DNA of 64,000 bases from Candidatus Woesearchaeota archaeon (GCA_016188245.1 JACPIE010000038.1:30939-94938); one strand, 5' to 3'. Numbered from the stretch's first letter, positions 47,605 to 58,773 are shown. Numbers and translations are program-made. The notes: a model not told the origin generated them from the letters alone.

Positions 47605-47874
47605 CTATTTTGATGCTTGGGCATTTTTCAAATATTTCATCGCAACCTTAACTACAATAGGCGCAAATGGATTGGGAGCTTGAACTGGCCTGCCATAATC
47701 CATCACTGTCAGTTTGCGAGTGCGGCCATCATATGCCAAATTAAAAGAGTCAGAGTCAGCTGCAGAGAATCCAAGTCCCAGAAAAGCCGCTTGGAGGTCT
47801 GCCAACATCTCAAGTGAATTTTTTTTCATATTTCTGAATTGTGCTTCGGTAACACGGGATATCTCATAAACCAT
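47605..47874 (-). CDS. Hypothetical protein
   Basis: 89-aa ATG ORF filling the intergenic gap; upstream TATA-like TTTATAAA. Confidence 0.55.
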   Translation of the reverse strand: MVYEISRVTEAQFRNMKKNSLEMLADLQAAFLGLGFSAADSDSFNLAYDGRTRKLTVMDYGRPVQAPNPFAPIVVKVAMKYLKNAQASK

Positions 47875-47916
47875 AATGCCATGACAAACAGGATTATTTA
47901 TAAATTTTTTCCCGTT

Positions 47917-48879
47917 TTATTGTTTTTTAACTTCCTTATAAGACTTCCAGAAGAAATACCCTATTATGAGGAATGTGACAACAGGAGACAGCCAGTCCGG
48001 AATGTGGCTTATGAAGTAAAGAAGGGGATGCCTGCTTTCCCTGACATAGTGGCCGAAGGCGTGCAAGACCATGATGCAGCCAAGCGCAAGTATTGAGTAC
48101 ATAGCGCCGTTTTTAAGATATTTGTATTTCTTGACATTCTCTATATTGCTGACAGTGAGCTGCCTGACAACTAAAGCGCCTATTCCATTTCCCACCAGTA
48201 TAAGGGGAATGGAAAACGTAAAGGCGAATGCGCCAAGAACTCCATCAATAGAGAAAGTGGCATCAATGACTTCGAGGTAAAGGATTTTGCTCATATCTGA
48301 CATCTTTGAAGCGCCTTTAATCATCTGCTGCTCTGCCCTTTCGGCATTTTCCTTGAAGCCGTGTGTAATGAAAAAGGCAGTTGAGCCTATGACTGCGCCG
48401 AATGCCATGTTTGGATTTGCCTTGTTTGCTACAAAAACAAAGACTGCAAGCACCACAGAAACAACTGCAAAGAACCATATCCCCTGCCTGTGGAAAAATT
48501 TTTCGCCAATCAAGCCATAATGTTTTTCCTCCAGAAAAATCCAGTGGAAGAACAGGAATATCAAGAAAGTGCCGCCGCCCATCAATAATATCGGGGCAGA
48601 CTTTTCAATAGTATCTTTTACGCTGGGGTCATTGCTGAATGATGCCGTCAAAGCCCCTATGGCGCCAAGGCTTGGGTTGTTTGCCCATATTATCAGCCAC
48701 GGCAATAGCCCCCTTACAAGAAAAACGGCAATCAGGATTCCCCAGATTAAAAACCATTTTCTGGCTTTTTTGGACATAGTGCCAAGGACTTCTGCATTGA
48801 TTATGGCATTGTCCACGCTTATTATTATCTCGAAAAGCCCAAGGCCAAGAACTACAATTATGATTGAAAACAGGTCCAT
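47917..48879 (-). CDS. DUF475 (TerC-like) membrane protein
   Basis: SVDNAIINA, YLEVIDATFSIDGV, YLKNGAMYSI. Confidence 0.9.
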   Translation of the reverse strand: MDLFSIIIVVLGLGLFEIIISVDNAIINAEVLGTMSKKARKWFLIWGILIAVFLVRGLLPWLIIWANNPSLGAIGALTASFSNDPSVKDTIEKSAPILLMGGGTFLIFLFFHWIFLEEKHYGLIGEKFFHRQGIWFFAVVSVVLAVFVFVANKANPNMAFGAVIGSTAFFITHGFKENAERAEQQMIKGASKMSDMSKILYLEVIDATFSIDGVLGAFAFTFSIPLILVGNGIGALVVRQLTVSNIENVKKYKYLKNGAMYSILALGCIMVLHAFGHYVRESRHPLLYFISHIPDWLSPVVTFLIIGYFFWKSYKEVKKQ

Positions 48880-48996
48880 TTGTATAAGTTATGCTTTTTA
48901 GGTTAAAAGGTTTGCTATGATTTATTATTTGTATCAAGCTAAACCCAGTAACCAATAACCGCAATATTTTTAAACCGCGTATTATTACATGAAAAG

Positions 48997-49572
48997 ATGG
49001 TAAGTTATATAGTTGCCGCGACAGACACCCAAGTATGGGCTGTTAATCCCACAACACGACAATTATTAAGAATGACTGCAGGGTCAGAAAGGCTTCCAGT
49101 TTTAGGTATTTATGCTAACGGTGCAGTATACCATGCTGTAGAAGTTCGCGAAAGAAAAGAACATACTTTTGGCAGGCAAAAGGTTGAGTATGATGAGAAT
49201 TCTGTTCAAGTAAAAGATACTATTTCAGGAAATACTGCTATTACAGTGCACCCATCAGGCCAAAAAAGTTTGCCGCTCGAGCAAAGGGTGGTTCCTCTTA
49301 ATTTTCGCTTTATTAGAAGAGGAAATTCTCTTTTGTACAGCCTTAACGGTTCAGAGGGTGTTATATTCCCACAAATTGGTTCTGTGGAAGAACAAGATTA
49401 TGGAATAGTTTCTGTGGATGGCAAAAACATTTATCTAGGTGCAAGAAGGGTAGCAACTTTGGATAGTGAGCCAAAATTTGTAGCTGAAATTAATCAATCA
49501 AAGCTTTCAGGTTCTTTTAGAAAGAAAAATCCACATAAATTTGAAAAAAATAAAGAGTTCTTTAAAGTGTGA
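48997..49572 (+). CDS. Hypothetical beta-strand-rich protein
   Basis: 191-aa ORF; no recognised motif. Confidence 0.65.
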   Translation: MVSYIVAATDTQVWAVNPTTRQLLRMTAGSERLPVLGIYANGAVYHAVEVRERKEHTFGRQKVEYDENSVQVKDTISGNTAITVHPSGQKSLPLEQRVVPLNFRFIRRGNSLLYSLNGSEGVIFPQIGSVEEQDYGIVSVDGKNIYLGARRVATLDSEPKFVAEINQSKLSGSFRKKNPHKFEKNKEFFKV

Positions 49573-49575
49573 TTT

Positions 49576-51018
49576 TCATCTCCTGTCAAAAATTCTCCTT
49601 GGCATCAGAAACGCGGCTGCAACCGGAATGGCAACAGTTCCGGCGCCAAAAACAAGCAAAGCCCACAATGGGTAGCTGCCGTAATTGGCCGAAATGTCCG
49701 ATTTTATCCGGAAAAGCAAAAGCGGCAGCAGTATTAATGGAATGATGTATCTGATGAAAAGCCTCCATAATGCCCCAACTTTCAATGCTGAATTCTGGTT
49801 TATATATGATGATATTTTTTCGCTTTCAAAAAACCACCCAATTGCGGCAGCCTCGAGCAGAATGGCAATCAAAATGTTGTAAAAAATGAAATGGCTCACA
49901 ATGTCCATTATGTAAAACCCCGGCTTGATGATAAACGCTAATCCAAATAAAAATCCGAGCCCTGAAACAAAGATTGCCGCATTTGTGTGTTTTGTCTTGA
50001 ACTTATGCACAAGGACATGGGTTATTGAGTATGCAAGCGCCGCTGTTCCCAATATAAAAAACATTGACAAGAGCGCAAAAAACAGAATGCTCAGCAGAGT
50101 CGGCTTGTAGAACAAAGGCAGCGCCTGCGCCAAAACTGTGAACGGAAAGCTGAAATCGTTTGATGCCAGCTTATCAGCCCCTATCCCATTGTTCATGCTT
50201 AAAAACCCGAGAACCGCAAACACGATAAACCCTAAAATAAGGCCTGCCATCAGCTCGAAAACTGCAATTATAAATGAGTTTTCTGCTGCAAAGCTCCTGC
50301 ATTTTCTTGCAAGCGCATGCATTATTCCAAAAGACAATCCCAGTGATACAACCGCCAATGAAAAAGATGCAGCCCAGGTTTCTAAGTCAAAAAGGCCTGC
50401 AAAGCCCGGCTTTAGAGCAGCATAAACCCCGCTTAATGCATTGTCAAGCGCCAATGAATACATCAAAAAAAACAGCATCAAGATTATTAAGACATGGAAT
50501 GTTGCCAGAAACCATTTTTTCATGCTTTCAAAGCCTTTTCTTATGTAGAAAAAAATGATTACCCATGCTAAAATCAATGCAATAAAAACAGGCAGTGAAA
50601 ATTGCGTAAAGCCGCTAAAGCCGCCAGAAACCTGAAGCACTTTGCTAAAAAAATATTTTTCAGCGTCATTTTTCCACTGCAGGCCAAATGAGGTAAAAAG
50701 ATAGATTATGTGCCATGAAAGCGCAACAGCATAATACCCCATCACAATAAATGCATTAAAAACCATAAGCCATCCGATGCTGCTGAACCATTTCCTTATG
50801 GATGCGAACAAATCCACGACATTCTTGTTGAAATGCTGCCCCGCTGAAAACTCCAGCATAAGCAAAGGCACTCCCAAAACAATCAAGGCAATAAAATAAG
50901 GAATGAAAAACAAGCCCCCAAGCCTGTATGAAAAATAAGGGTAAAGCCAAACGCCCCCTATTCCTAAAGCGGCCCCGACTGCCGATAGCACAAAAAAGAA
51001 CCTTGAATTGCTGATCAT
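49576..51018 (-). CDS. NSS/SNF-family transporter homologue with a degenerate Na-binding motif
   Basis: SAVGAALGIGGVWLYPY...GGLFFIPY...GVPLLMLE. Confidence 0.88.
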   Translation of the reverse strand: MISNSRFFFVLSAVGAALGIGGVWLYPYFSYRLGGLFFIPYFIALIVLGVPLLMLEFSAGQHFNKNVVDLFASIRKWFSSIGWLMVFNAFIVMGYYAVALSWHIIYLFTSFGLQWKNDAEKYFFSKVLQVSGGFSGFTQFSLPVFIALILAWVIIFFYIRKGFESMKKWFLATFHVLIILMLFFLMYSLALDNALSGVYAALKPGFAGLFDLETWAASFSLAVVSLGLSFGIMHALARKCRSFAAENSFIIAVFELMAGLILGFIVFAVLGFLSMNNGIGADKLASNDFSFPFTVLAQALPLFYKPTLLSILFFALLSMFFILGTAALAYSITHVLVHKFKTKHTNAAIFVSGLGFLFGLAFIIKPGFYIMDIVSHFIFYNILIAILLEAAAIGWFFESEKISSYINQNSALKVGALWRLFIRYIIPLILLPLLLFRIKSDISANYGSYPLWALLVFGAGTVAIPVAAAFLMPRRIFDRR

Positions 51019-51136
51019 GGGCGGAGTATTCCAATATTAAATTTAAACCTTTTGATTGTGTTTATTTTAAAGTGATAACATGGCATATTGAAGGCAAACC
51101 GCAAAAAATTTAAATGGAAATGGTTAATCCGCTTTT

Positions 51137-52123
51137 GTGATTATCGGGCTTAAGCGTGTGGTTGCTGTCCAATTTGTCCTTATAGTCATATTGCTTGCAA
51201 TAACTGCAAACTATTATCTTGAAAAAAAAGAGATAGAAACATCCCCCAGTAATGGGCTTCTTTCCCAAAGGGTATACTCGGGCTTATTGGAGCCAAAAAG
51301 CTTCCTTATAGTGAATTTTGCCGAGCCGAAAGAAAAAATAAAGTCATACATCTCAAAAAACAACCTTAACATATCGGTCTATGTTGAAAATTTCCGCAAT
51401 GGGGCATATATCGGAATAAACGAGAAAGCAGGATTCTTTCCTTCAAGCCTTATCAAGCTGCCTGTTGCCGTTATGATAGTAAAAAGGATTGAAAATGGCG
51501 AGCTTAGCTTTGACACAATGATTGACCTAAAAGATTCAGACAGGACAAGCAGCTTTGGCGAGCTTTACAAAACTGAAGAGAAGCGGCTGCCTGTCCGGCT
51601 TTTGCTTGAACAAATGCTTAAAGAATCCGATAACACGGCTTTTAGGGCTCTAGTGCGCAATATTGATGCCGGAGATTTTCAGCTGGTTTTGGATTATTAC
51701 AACATTGATGTTAATGCAGACTTCCAGGACGGGGAAACGGCAGTGCATCCTAATCTGCTAAGCCCGAAATCAATGTCCACTTTATTCTCAAGCCTTTACT
51801 TCTCCACAGTGCTCGAGGCAGAGAACTCAGAGTACCTGCTCTCTTTGCTGGCTGATTCTGCTTTTGATGTAAGCCAAGCCGCCGACATTCCTGAAGATGT
51901 CATTATAGCCCATAAATTCGGCAGCACCCATTACAATAATTTTGATTTTTTTCATGACTGCGGCATAATGTACATCCAGGAAAGCAGGATATTCTACTGC
52001 ATCATGACCAAAGATTTAAATGAAAAACAGGCTACTAAAGCCATAGGCGTAATAGTTAATGAAATATACAGTTATGTCAAAACTGCCAGGGCACGATTTG
52101 ATGATTACAAAGGCAACAGCTAA
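51137..52123 (+). CDS. Class A beta-lactamase-related serine hydrolase, membrane anchored
   Basis: SLIK (SxxK), SDN, HKFG; N-terminal TM helix. Confidence 0.88.
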   Translation: MIIGLKRVVAVQFVLIVILLAITANYYLEKKEIETSPSNGLLSQRVYSGLLEPKSFLIVNFAEPKEKIKSYISKNNLNISVYVENFRNGAYIGINEKAGFFPSSLIKLPVAVMIVKRIENGELSFDTMIDLKDSDRTSSFGELYKTEEKRLPVRLLLEQMLKESDNTAFRALVRNIDAGDFQLVLDYYNIDVNADFQDGETAVHPNLLSPKSMSTLFSSLYFSTVLEAENSEYLLSLLADSAFDVSQAADIPEDVIIAHKFGSTHYNNFDFFHDCGIMYIQESRIFYCIMTKDLNEKQATKAIGVIVNEIYSYVKTARARFDDYKGNS

Positions 52124-52162
52124 ATAAGTATATTAATAAATCAGAAACTCTTTCTTTATCCC

Positions 52163-53374
52163 ATGCAGCCCCTAATCAATAAATACATCCCAAAAGCCAC
52201 GAAGGAAATTCTCGGGCAGGAAGAGACAGTCGGTAAGCTGAAGAATTTTATACTTAATTTCAAAAATGAAAAAAAGAATGCCGCTTTGATTTACGGCCCG
52301 AGCGGCACGGGCAAGACATGCTCCGTTCATGCAATATCCGGTGAATTGGGGCTTGAAATTATCGAGGTCAATGCATCTGATTTCAGGAATGCGGAGCAGA
52401 TAGGCCAAAAGGTCGGAAGCGCAATCAAACAGCAAAGCCTTTTTGCAAAAGGAAAAATAATACTTGTTGACGAGATTGACGGGCTGAGCGGGCGCGAAGA
52501 CAGGGGGGGTGTGCAGGCCATCACAAAGCTAATCCAAGATTCATCATATCCTGTGATACTTACAGCCACAAACCCTTTTGACAACAAGTTCAGCTCTTTA
52601 AGGAGCAAGTCGAGCATGATTGAATTCAGGCAGCTTGATTACTTGTCAATCTTTGCAATATTAAAAAAGATATGCGATGGGGAAGGGATAAAACACGAAG
52701 ATGATGTGCTGAAAGCCCTTTCAAGAAGGGCAGGGGGTGATGCAAGGGCTGCAATAAATGACCTGCAAACTTTGTCCAATAGCAAAAAAGAGCTGACAAA
52801 GGAAAGCCTGCAGGAATTGTCGGAAAGAAACAAGACTGACAATATAATGACTGCATTGAATAAAATATTCAAGACAACAGACATGAAAATTGCAATATCG
52901 GCTTTTGAAAACGTTGAAGAGGATTTGAACGAGCAGCTGCTGTGGATTGATGAGAATCTGCCAAAAGAATACACCAAGCCGGAGGAGCTTGCAAAAGCTT
53001 ATGATATGCTCAGCAAGGCAGATGTATTCAGCAGAAGGATAAGAAGATGGCAGCATTACAGGTTTTTAATCTATATAAACGCGCTTATAACTGCAGGAAT
53101 AGCCTCTGCAAAAAAAGAAAAATACAGGGAACTGGTCCAATACAAGCCAACTGGAAGAGTCTTAAAAATCTGGTGGGCAAACCAAAGAAACGCGAAGAAA
53201 AAAGAAATTGCCAGGAAAATAGCGGAAAAAACACATTCGTCAAAAAAGGAGATAATAAAAAATACGATGCCCTATCTGCCCCTGATGTTCAGGAACAAGG
53301 AAATGAGAAACCGCATTGTTGGTTATCTCGATTTGAATGAAGAGGAATCTGAATGGCTGAAAGGAAAAAGTTAA
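52163..53374 (+). CDS. rfcL: Replication factor C large subunit
   Basis: KYIPK, GPSGTGKT, EVNASDFR, VDEIDG, GDARAAINDL, WIDEN. Confidence 0.95.
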   Translation: MQPLINKYIPKATKEILGQEETVGKLKNFILNFKNEKKNAALIYGPSGTGKTCSVHAISGELGLEIIEVNASDFRNAEQIGQKVGSAIKQQSLFAKGKIILVDEIDGLSGREDRGGVQAITKLIQDSSYPVILTATNPFDNKFSSLRSKSSMIEFRQLDYLSIFAILKKICDGEGIKHEDDVLKALSRRAGGDARAAINDLQTLSNSKKELTKESLQELSERNKTDNIMTALNKIFKTTDMKIAISAFENVEEDLNEQLLWIDENLPKEYTKPEELAKAYDMLSKADVFSRRIRRWQHYRFLIYINALITAGIASAKKEKYRELVQYKPTGRVLKIWWANQRNAKKKEIARKIAEKTHSSKKEIIKNTMPYLPLMFRNKEMRNRIVGYLDLNEEESEWLKGKS

Positions 53375-53390
53375 ATGAAGCTGGGCAAAA

Positions 53391-53717
53391 ATGGAATTCA
53401 TAACAGCAAAAGAACTGTCGGAGAGCAAGAATAAATTCATTGTTCTGGATATAAGAGATGAAGACAAATTCAGGCGGAATACGGTGCCCGGGAGCATAAA
53501 CATTGATATTTACGGCGACATCCATGAGGGGAATTACGGAGCTGTGATGGAAAAATTGAATGCACTTCCTAAGGAAAAGGAGATAGTGTTGGTTTGCAAT
53601 ACCGGAAGCACAACACAGCCGGCATGCCAGATCCTTGAATCTATGGGGTACAGGGCAAAGGTCCTTGAGCTGGGAATGGTCGGATGGAATTCTTTCGTTA
53701 AGCATGGTCACTCTTAA
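53391..53717 (+). CDS. Rhodanese-like domain protein
   Basis: LDIR, PGSINI, LVCNTG, GMVGW. Confidence 0.9.
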   Translation: MEFITAKELSESKNKFIVLDIRDEDKFRRNTVPGSINIDIYGDIHEGNYGAVMEKLNALPKEKEIVLVCNTGSTTQPACQILESMGYRAKVLELGMVGWNSFVKHGHS

Positions 53718-53758
53718 AGTTAAACTTTTAAATAATAGCGCAAATCCAGCTTAATAAG

Positions 53759-56176
53759 ATGGACATTCCGAAAAACTACAATCCTAAAGAGTCAGAGCCA
53801 AAATGGCTTGAGTTCTGGGAAAAGGAGAAAATATACGCTTTTGACCCTGAAAGCAAGGCAGAGGTTTACTCTGTTGACACTCCCCCACCAACAGTTAGCG
53901 GGAATATGCATATTGGTCATTCATTTTCTTATTCACAACAGGATTTTATTGTTAGGTTCCAGAGAATGTCCGGAAAGAATATTTTTTATCCATTTGGCGT
54001 AGATGACAATGGACTGGCTACGGAAAGGATGATTGAGAAAATGAAAAATGTAAAGGGCCAGTTCATGCCCAGGCAGGAATTTGTAAAGCTATGCTACACA
54101 ACTGTAGAGAAAATAAGAAACGATTTTGTCCAAGACTGGAAAAAGCTGGGGGTTAGCGCTGACTTTAATATATTTTATTCAACAATAAACAAGCATTCAC
54201 AAAAAATATCGCAAAGATCCTTCATCGAGCTTTACAAGTCAGGAAGGCAGTACAGGAAGGAAGGCCCTACAATCTGGTGCCCTGAATGCCGGACAGCAAT
54301 AGCCCAGGTGGAGATGAAAGATGAGGAAAAAGCAACCAGTTTAGTGCACATTGAGGCAAAGACGGAAAAAGGAGAGCCGCTTGTGTTTGCAACAACAAGG
54401 CCGGAGCTTTATCCTTCCTGTGTGGGAATTTCCGTCAACCCAAATGATGGGAGGTACAAAAAATATGTCGGCCAAAAAATTATAATGCCGCTGACAAATG
54501 CCGGGATTGAGCTGACCACAGACGAAATGATAGACCCGGAATTTGGCACAGGAGTTGTATACTTCTGCAGCAGCGGAGATGCGCAATTTTTGGACTGGGA
54601 GACAAGGCACCCTGTCAAAAACAAGATCTACATCCTGAATTTTGACGGCACCATGAATGAAAAGGCAGGAGTGTACAAGGGGCTTACAATAGCAGAAACA
54701 AGAAGGAGAATAGTTGAAGATTTAAGCAGGCTTGGAGCGGTCAAGAAAACGGAGCAATTGAAGCACTCCGTTAATGTTCATGAAAGGTGCGGAACAGTTG
54801 TTGAATACATGGTTTCCAAGCAGTGGTACATCAAGTATCTTGACTTAAAGGAAGAATTCATAAAATACGGCAGGAAAATAAAGTGGTATCCTGAGCACAT
54901 GCGCATCAGGTATGAAAACTGGATAAATGGATTGAAGTGGGACTGGAACATTTCAAGGCAGAGGCATTTTGGAATTCCAATTCCTGTCTGGTACTGCAAA
55001 AAATGCAATGCAATAATCGCTGCAGATGAAAATCAGCTGCCTGTTGACCCATTGGTTGACAAGCCATCAAAAAAATGCAAATGCGGCTCAGGCGATTTTA
55101 TTGGGGAGAAAGATGTTTTGGACACTTGGGCAACTTCCTCTTTGACTCCCGATATTGCAGTTGCCTTATTCGATAAAAAAACCCAAAAAAAATTATTTCC
55201 GATGAATTTACGGCCGCAGGCGCATGACATAATAACCTTCTGGCTTTTCAATACTGTTGCAAAGAGCTATCTTCACCATAAGGAGGTGCCATGGCATAAT
55301 GTCATGATATCCGGATTTGTTCTCGATCCTTACGGGAAAAAAATGAGCAAGAGCAAAGGCAATGTTATTGACCCAAGGGAGATAATTGAAAAATACTCGG
55401 CAGATTCCCTGAGATTTTGGGCAGCCGGCTCAAGATTGGGGGATGACATGCCTTTCCAGGAAAAAGATTTGGTTACCGGCAGCAAATTCATAACAAAAAT
55501 CTGGAATGCCTCGAAGTTTGCATCCATCCACCTTAAGGATTATGATTTGAGAAATCCGGGCAAGCTGCATTTGATGGAAAGGTGGATTTTGTCAAAGCTG
55601 AGCAAAGTTGTAAAGGAATCAACCGAAAATTTCATGAATTATGAGTATTCGCATACAAAGCTTGCGGCAGAAACATTCTTCTGGCACACTTTTTGCGACA
55701 ATTACCTTGAAATCATAAAGGATAGGTTGTACAATGCTGAGAGAAGGGGGGAAGATGCAAGATTATCTGCGCAATACGGGCTGTACCAAACCTTGTTGGC
55801 AATAACCAAGCTGATGGCCCCAATTATGCCGTTCATAACCGAAGAGCTTTACCAGCTTTATTTCAAAAGCCATGAAAATTCAAAGTCAGTGCATCTTGAA
55901 AAATGGCCAGATATAAACTTGATTGATGAGCATGCAGAGCACATTGGAGATTTTGTTGTGCAAGTTGTCGAATTTGTAAGAAGGCAGAAGACGGCAAAGC
56001 AGCTGTCCTTGAAAGCCCCTGTGAAGAAGCTGACGATAAAGGCAAAAATAGAGGAAACTGATTTTGATGAAGTTGAAGCCGAGATAAGGGCAGCGACATC
56101 GGCTGAAAGCATAGTTTTCGAGCCGACAAGAGGCAAAGCTCCAGAGAAGGATGTCGAGATTGAAGTTGAGTTTTGA
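53759..56176 (+). CDS. valS: Valyl-tRNA synthetase (archaeal type)
   Basis: DTPPPTVSG, HIGH, WNISRQ, KMSKS. Confidence 0.97.
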   Translation: MDIPKNYNPKESEPKWLEFWEKEKIYAFDPESKAEVYSVDTPPPTVSGNMHIGHSFSYSQQDFIVRFQRMSGKNIFYPFGVDDNGLATERMIEKMKNVKGQFMPRQEFVKLCYTTVEKIRNDFVQDWKKLGVSADFNIFYSTINKHSQKISQRSFIELYKSGRQYRKEGPTIWCPECRTAIAQVEMKDEEKATSLVHIEAKTEKGEPLVFATTRPELYPSCVGISVNPNDGRYKKYVGQKIIMPLTNAGIELTTDEMIDPEFGTGVVYFCSSGDAQFLDWETRHPVKNKIYILNFDGTMNEKAGVYKGLTIAETRRRIVEDLSRLGAVKKTEQLKHSVNVHERCGTVVEYMVSKQWYIKYLDLKEEFIKYGRKIKWYPEHMRIRYENWINGLKWDWNISRQRHFGIPIPVWYCKKCNAIIAADENQLPVDPLVDKPSKKCKCGSGDFIGEKDVLDTWATSSLTPDIAVALFDKKTQKKLFPMNLRPQAHDIITFWLFNTVAKSYLHHKEVPWHNVMISGFVLDPYGKKMSKSKGNVIDPREIIEKYSADSLRFWAAGSRLGDDMPFQEKDLVTGSKFITKIWNASKFASIHLKDYDLRNPGKLHLMERWILSKLSKVVKESTENFMNYEYSHTKLAAETFFWHTFCDNYLEIIKDRLYNAERRGEDARLSAQYGLYQTLLAITKLMAPIMPFITEELYQLYFKSHENSKSVHLEKWPDINLIDEHAEHIGDFVVQVVEFVRRQKTAKQLSLKAPVKKLTIKAKIEETDFDEVEAEIRAATSAESIVFEPTRGKAPEKDVEIEVEF

Positions 56177-56250
56177 GAATTAAAAAGATTTAAAAATAAC
56201 TGGTATTTAGTCAAGAATGCGTGATTTTTATGCGATATAACAATTATGTC

Positions 56251-57294
56251 ATGGCTTTAACAGAAAGATTGGATCAAGCTATTGCTTCAGCTAGAGAACA
56301 GCATGGCTTGCGCCCATTTGAGTACTCCAGTCATGATTATGAAGCAGCAAGACGATTGGTTTTAGGGGGAAGTCCCGTAGATAGGGTTGTAGCATTATTT
56401 TCACAGCCAGTTGCATTTTCTACAAGACCATCTGATAATCCTTCTGCTAATGGGGCAAGTTTAGAGGGCAGAACAAATGGCTTGCTTTGGAATCCCGGAA
56501 GCGGAACACCTCAACAAAATAAAATTGCTTCGTATGGGGATGTATCGATGCATGTGGGATACGGAAAGCGATTAGACTCAAATGTAGACTATAGTGGAAA
56601 TGTACCGTCTGATATGAAATCTTCAATAAGGAAAAGAGGATCATTACAATTACCATCTGTTAAAGCGGCTACTGGTGTGTTAAGGGCTGCAAATAGGCAA
56701 AATTGGAAAAGGGCTGAAAAATTATTTGAACAAATGATTGGATTTAATGCACCTATTTTTTACGATACCGCTTTGTATTCCAGATTCCTATCAGAATTAG
56801 GCTCTGTGATACTGCAAAGAAATTTCGAGTATAGATTCCGATGGATAAAAGATGAAAGAAGAAAATTTATAGTTGGGTACGAAGTAGCCCCTCCGCCAAG
56901 CGAGTCAAATCTGGTGCAGATGTTGAAAGCTATCAATCAGCGTGATATTGCAACAGCACGTTCAATTTATGATGTGCTATTAAAGGGCGGCTCAAGTGTT
57001 TTTGCAGAAGAGCATGAGTCTGAACAGCAGGGGTTTTATAGGGAGGTTGGCCTGCTTTTAAGAAAAAACCTGAATGCTAGAGTCAAATGGTGGTTAGATA
57101 CGAAAGGCAAGATTTTGAGATATGAAATTCTGCAACCTAGCAGAATGAGGGCATTTCCTGATGGCATTGGAACTAGCCGAACGAACCCTTCATCCAGAAA
57201 CCCACATAGGAAAATTACAAGAAAAGCTTTTAGATTCCATGAAAATAGAACTGTAAGAACAGAGAAGGTATTACAGGCGCCCCCGTTATATTAA
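56251..57294 (+). CDS. Hypothetical protein with two tandem ~80-aa repeats
   Basis: Long ORF (track start 56221; ATG 56251 preferred); internal duplication visible. Confidence 0.7.
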   Translation: MALTERLDQAIASAREQHGLRPFEYSSHDYEAARRLVLGGSPVDRVVALFSQPVAFSTRPSDNPSANGASLEGRTNGLLWNPGSGTPQQNKIASYGDVSMHVGYGKRLDSNVDYSGNVPSDMKSSIRKRGSLQLPSVKAATGVLRAANRQNWKRAEKLFEQMIGFNAPIFYDTALYSRFLSELGSVILQRNFEYRFRWIKDERRKFIVGYEVAPPPSESNLVQMLKAINQRDIATARSIYDVLLKGGSSVFAEEHESEQQGFYREVGLLLRKNLNARVKWWLDTKGKILRYEILQPSRMRAFPDGIGTSRTNPSSRNPHRKITRKAFRFHENRTVRTEKVLQAPPLY

Positions 57295-57319
57295 ACCATT
57301 TGAACAAGAAACTAACTTT

Positions 57320-58723
57320 TTAGGTATAATTTGTACTTTTCCACCTAACCCCTTCTTTTGTATCCTCAAGAACTATCCCTTTCTCCTTTAGCTGATTCCT
57401 TATTTCATCGGCTTTTGCAAAGTTTTTTTCATTTCTTGCGATTTCCCTTTCGTCAATCAGCTTTTTCAAGTCCTGGCTTAATTTTTCATCTTTTTCCACG
57501 AGAACCCCAAGAACTTTGTCAAATCCTTCCATCAGTTTTATTATTTCCTTGGCATCATTCTTTCCTATCTTGCCCCCCATGATTAATGTGTTTGTTTCTT
57601 TTACAAACTCAAAGATATGCGATAATGCAATGCTTATGTTTATATCATCATCCATTGCCTCTTCGAATTCTTTTTTTGTTTTTTGGATTAATTTGCCCAT
57701 TTCTTCATTTTTAATGTTATCCCTTATCTCCTTTAATCTAATCATGAAATCATTCAGCCTTTGCACTGCATTCTCAGCAGCCTTGACAGATTCCTCTGTA
57801 AAATTTAATTGCATCCTGTAATGCGCCGAAAGAAGAAGGTACCTTATTGCCTTTGGATTGAAATTCTTATTCAATAAGTCTCTCAAAGTCCAGAAATTTC
57901 CCAATGACTTTGACATTTTCTGCCCGTTGACCAGCAAGTGCTCGTTGTGCACCCAGTAATTGGCGAATTTTTTCCTTGTCGAGGCTTCACTTTGCGCAAT
58001 CTCGTTCTCATGGTGCGGAAACACCAGGTCAATTCCGCCTGCGTGTATGTCAAAATGTTTTCCCAAACATTTCATTGACATTGCGCTGCATTCAATGTGC
58101 CAGCCCGGCCTGCCTTTCCCAAGCTCGGTTTCCCAGAAGACATCTCCATCTTCACTGTCATAATTTTTCCACAGGGCAAAATCATGGGCATGCTCTTTTT
58201 CATATTGGTCTTGCCTTACCCTTTTTCCGGCTTCCAGCCCCTCCAGCTTGGCGTGCGACAGCTTGCCGTAATCCCCGAATTTGGAAATGTCAAAATATAT
58301 TCCATCCTCGCTTTTGTATGCAATGCCGTTCTTTAACAGTTTTTTAATAATCTCAGTCATTTCCTTGACATGCTCCGTTGCCCTTGGATAATAGTCTGCC
58401 CTGTCAATATTCAATGTTTCGATGTCATCAAAGAATGCTTTTTCATATTTTCTTGTAAAATCCTTTAAAGAGATTTCTTCTTTGTTTGCGCCTTTTATTG
58501 TCTTGTCGTCAACATCAGTTATATTCATCACATGCTTTACTTTATAGCCTGAATACTTCAAATACCTTTTAAGGATATCGCTGCATACATAAGCCCTGAA
58601 GTTGCCGATGTGGGCGAAATCGTATACAGTGGGGCCGCAGGTATACATCTTCACAGCCTTGCCTTTAATTGGCTTGAAGATTTCCTTTTCTCTTGTTAGT
58701 GTATTGTATAATCTTAAAGTCAT
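57320..58723 (-). CDS. cysS: Cysteinyl-tRNA synthetase
   Basis: [25 protein letters not shown]. Confidence 0.97.
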   Translation of the reverse strand: MTLRLYNTLTREKEIFKPIKGKAVKMYTCGPTVYDFAHIGNFRAYVCSDILKRYLKYSGYKVKHVMNITDVDDKTIKGANKEEISLKDFTRKYEKAFFDDIETLNIDRADYYPRATEHVKEMTEIIKKLLKNGIAYKSEDGIYFDISKFGDYGKLSHAKLEGLEAGKRVRQDQYEKEHAHDFALWKNYDSEDGDVFWETELGKGRPGWHIECSAMSMKCLGKHFDIHAGGIDLVFPHHENEIAQSEASTRKKFANYWVHNEHLLVNGQKMSKSLGNFWTLRDLLNKNFNPKAIRYLLLSAHYRMQLNFTEESVKAAENAVQRLNDFMIRLKEIRDNIKNEEMGKLIQKTKKEFEEAMDDDINISIALSHIFEFVKETNTLIMGGKIGKNDAKEIIKLMEGFDKVLGVLVEKDEKLSQDLKKLIDEREIARNEKNFAKADEIRNQLKEKGIVLEDTKEGVRWKSTNYT

Positions 58724-58773
58724 TTTTCAAATTGTTTGACGCCTGTTAATAGATTTTATTTGAAATAAAAAAA

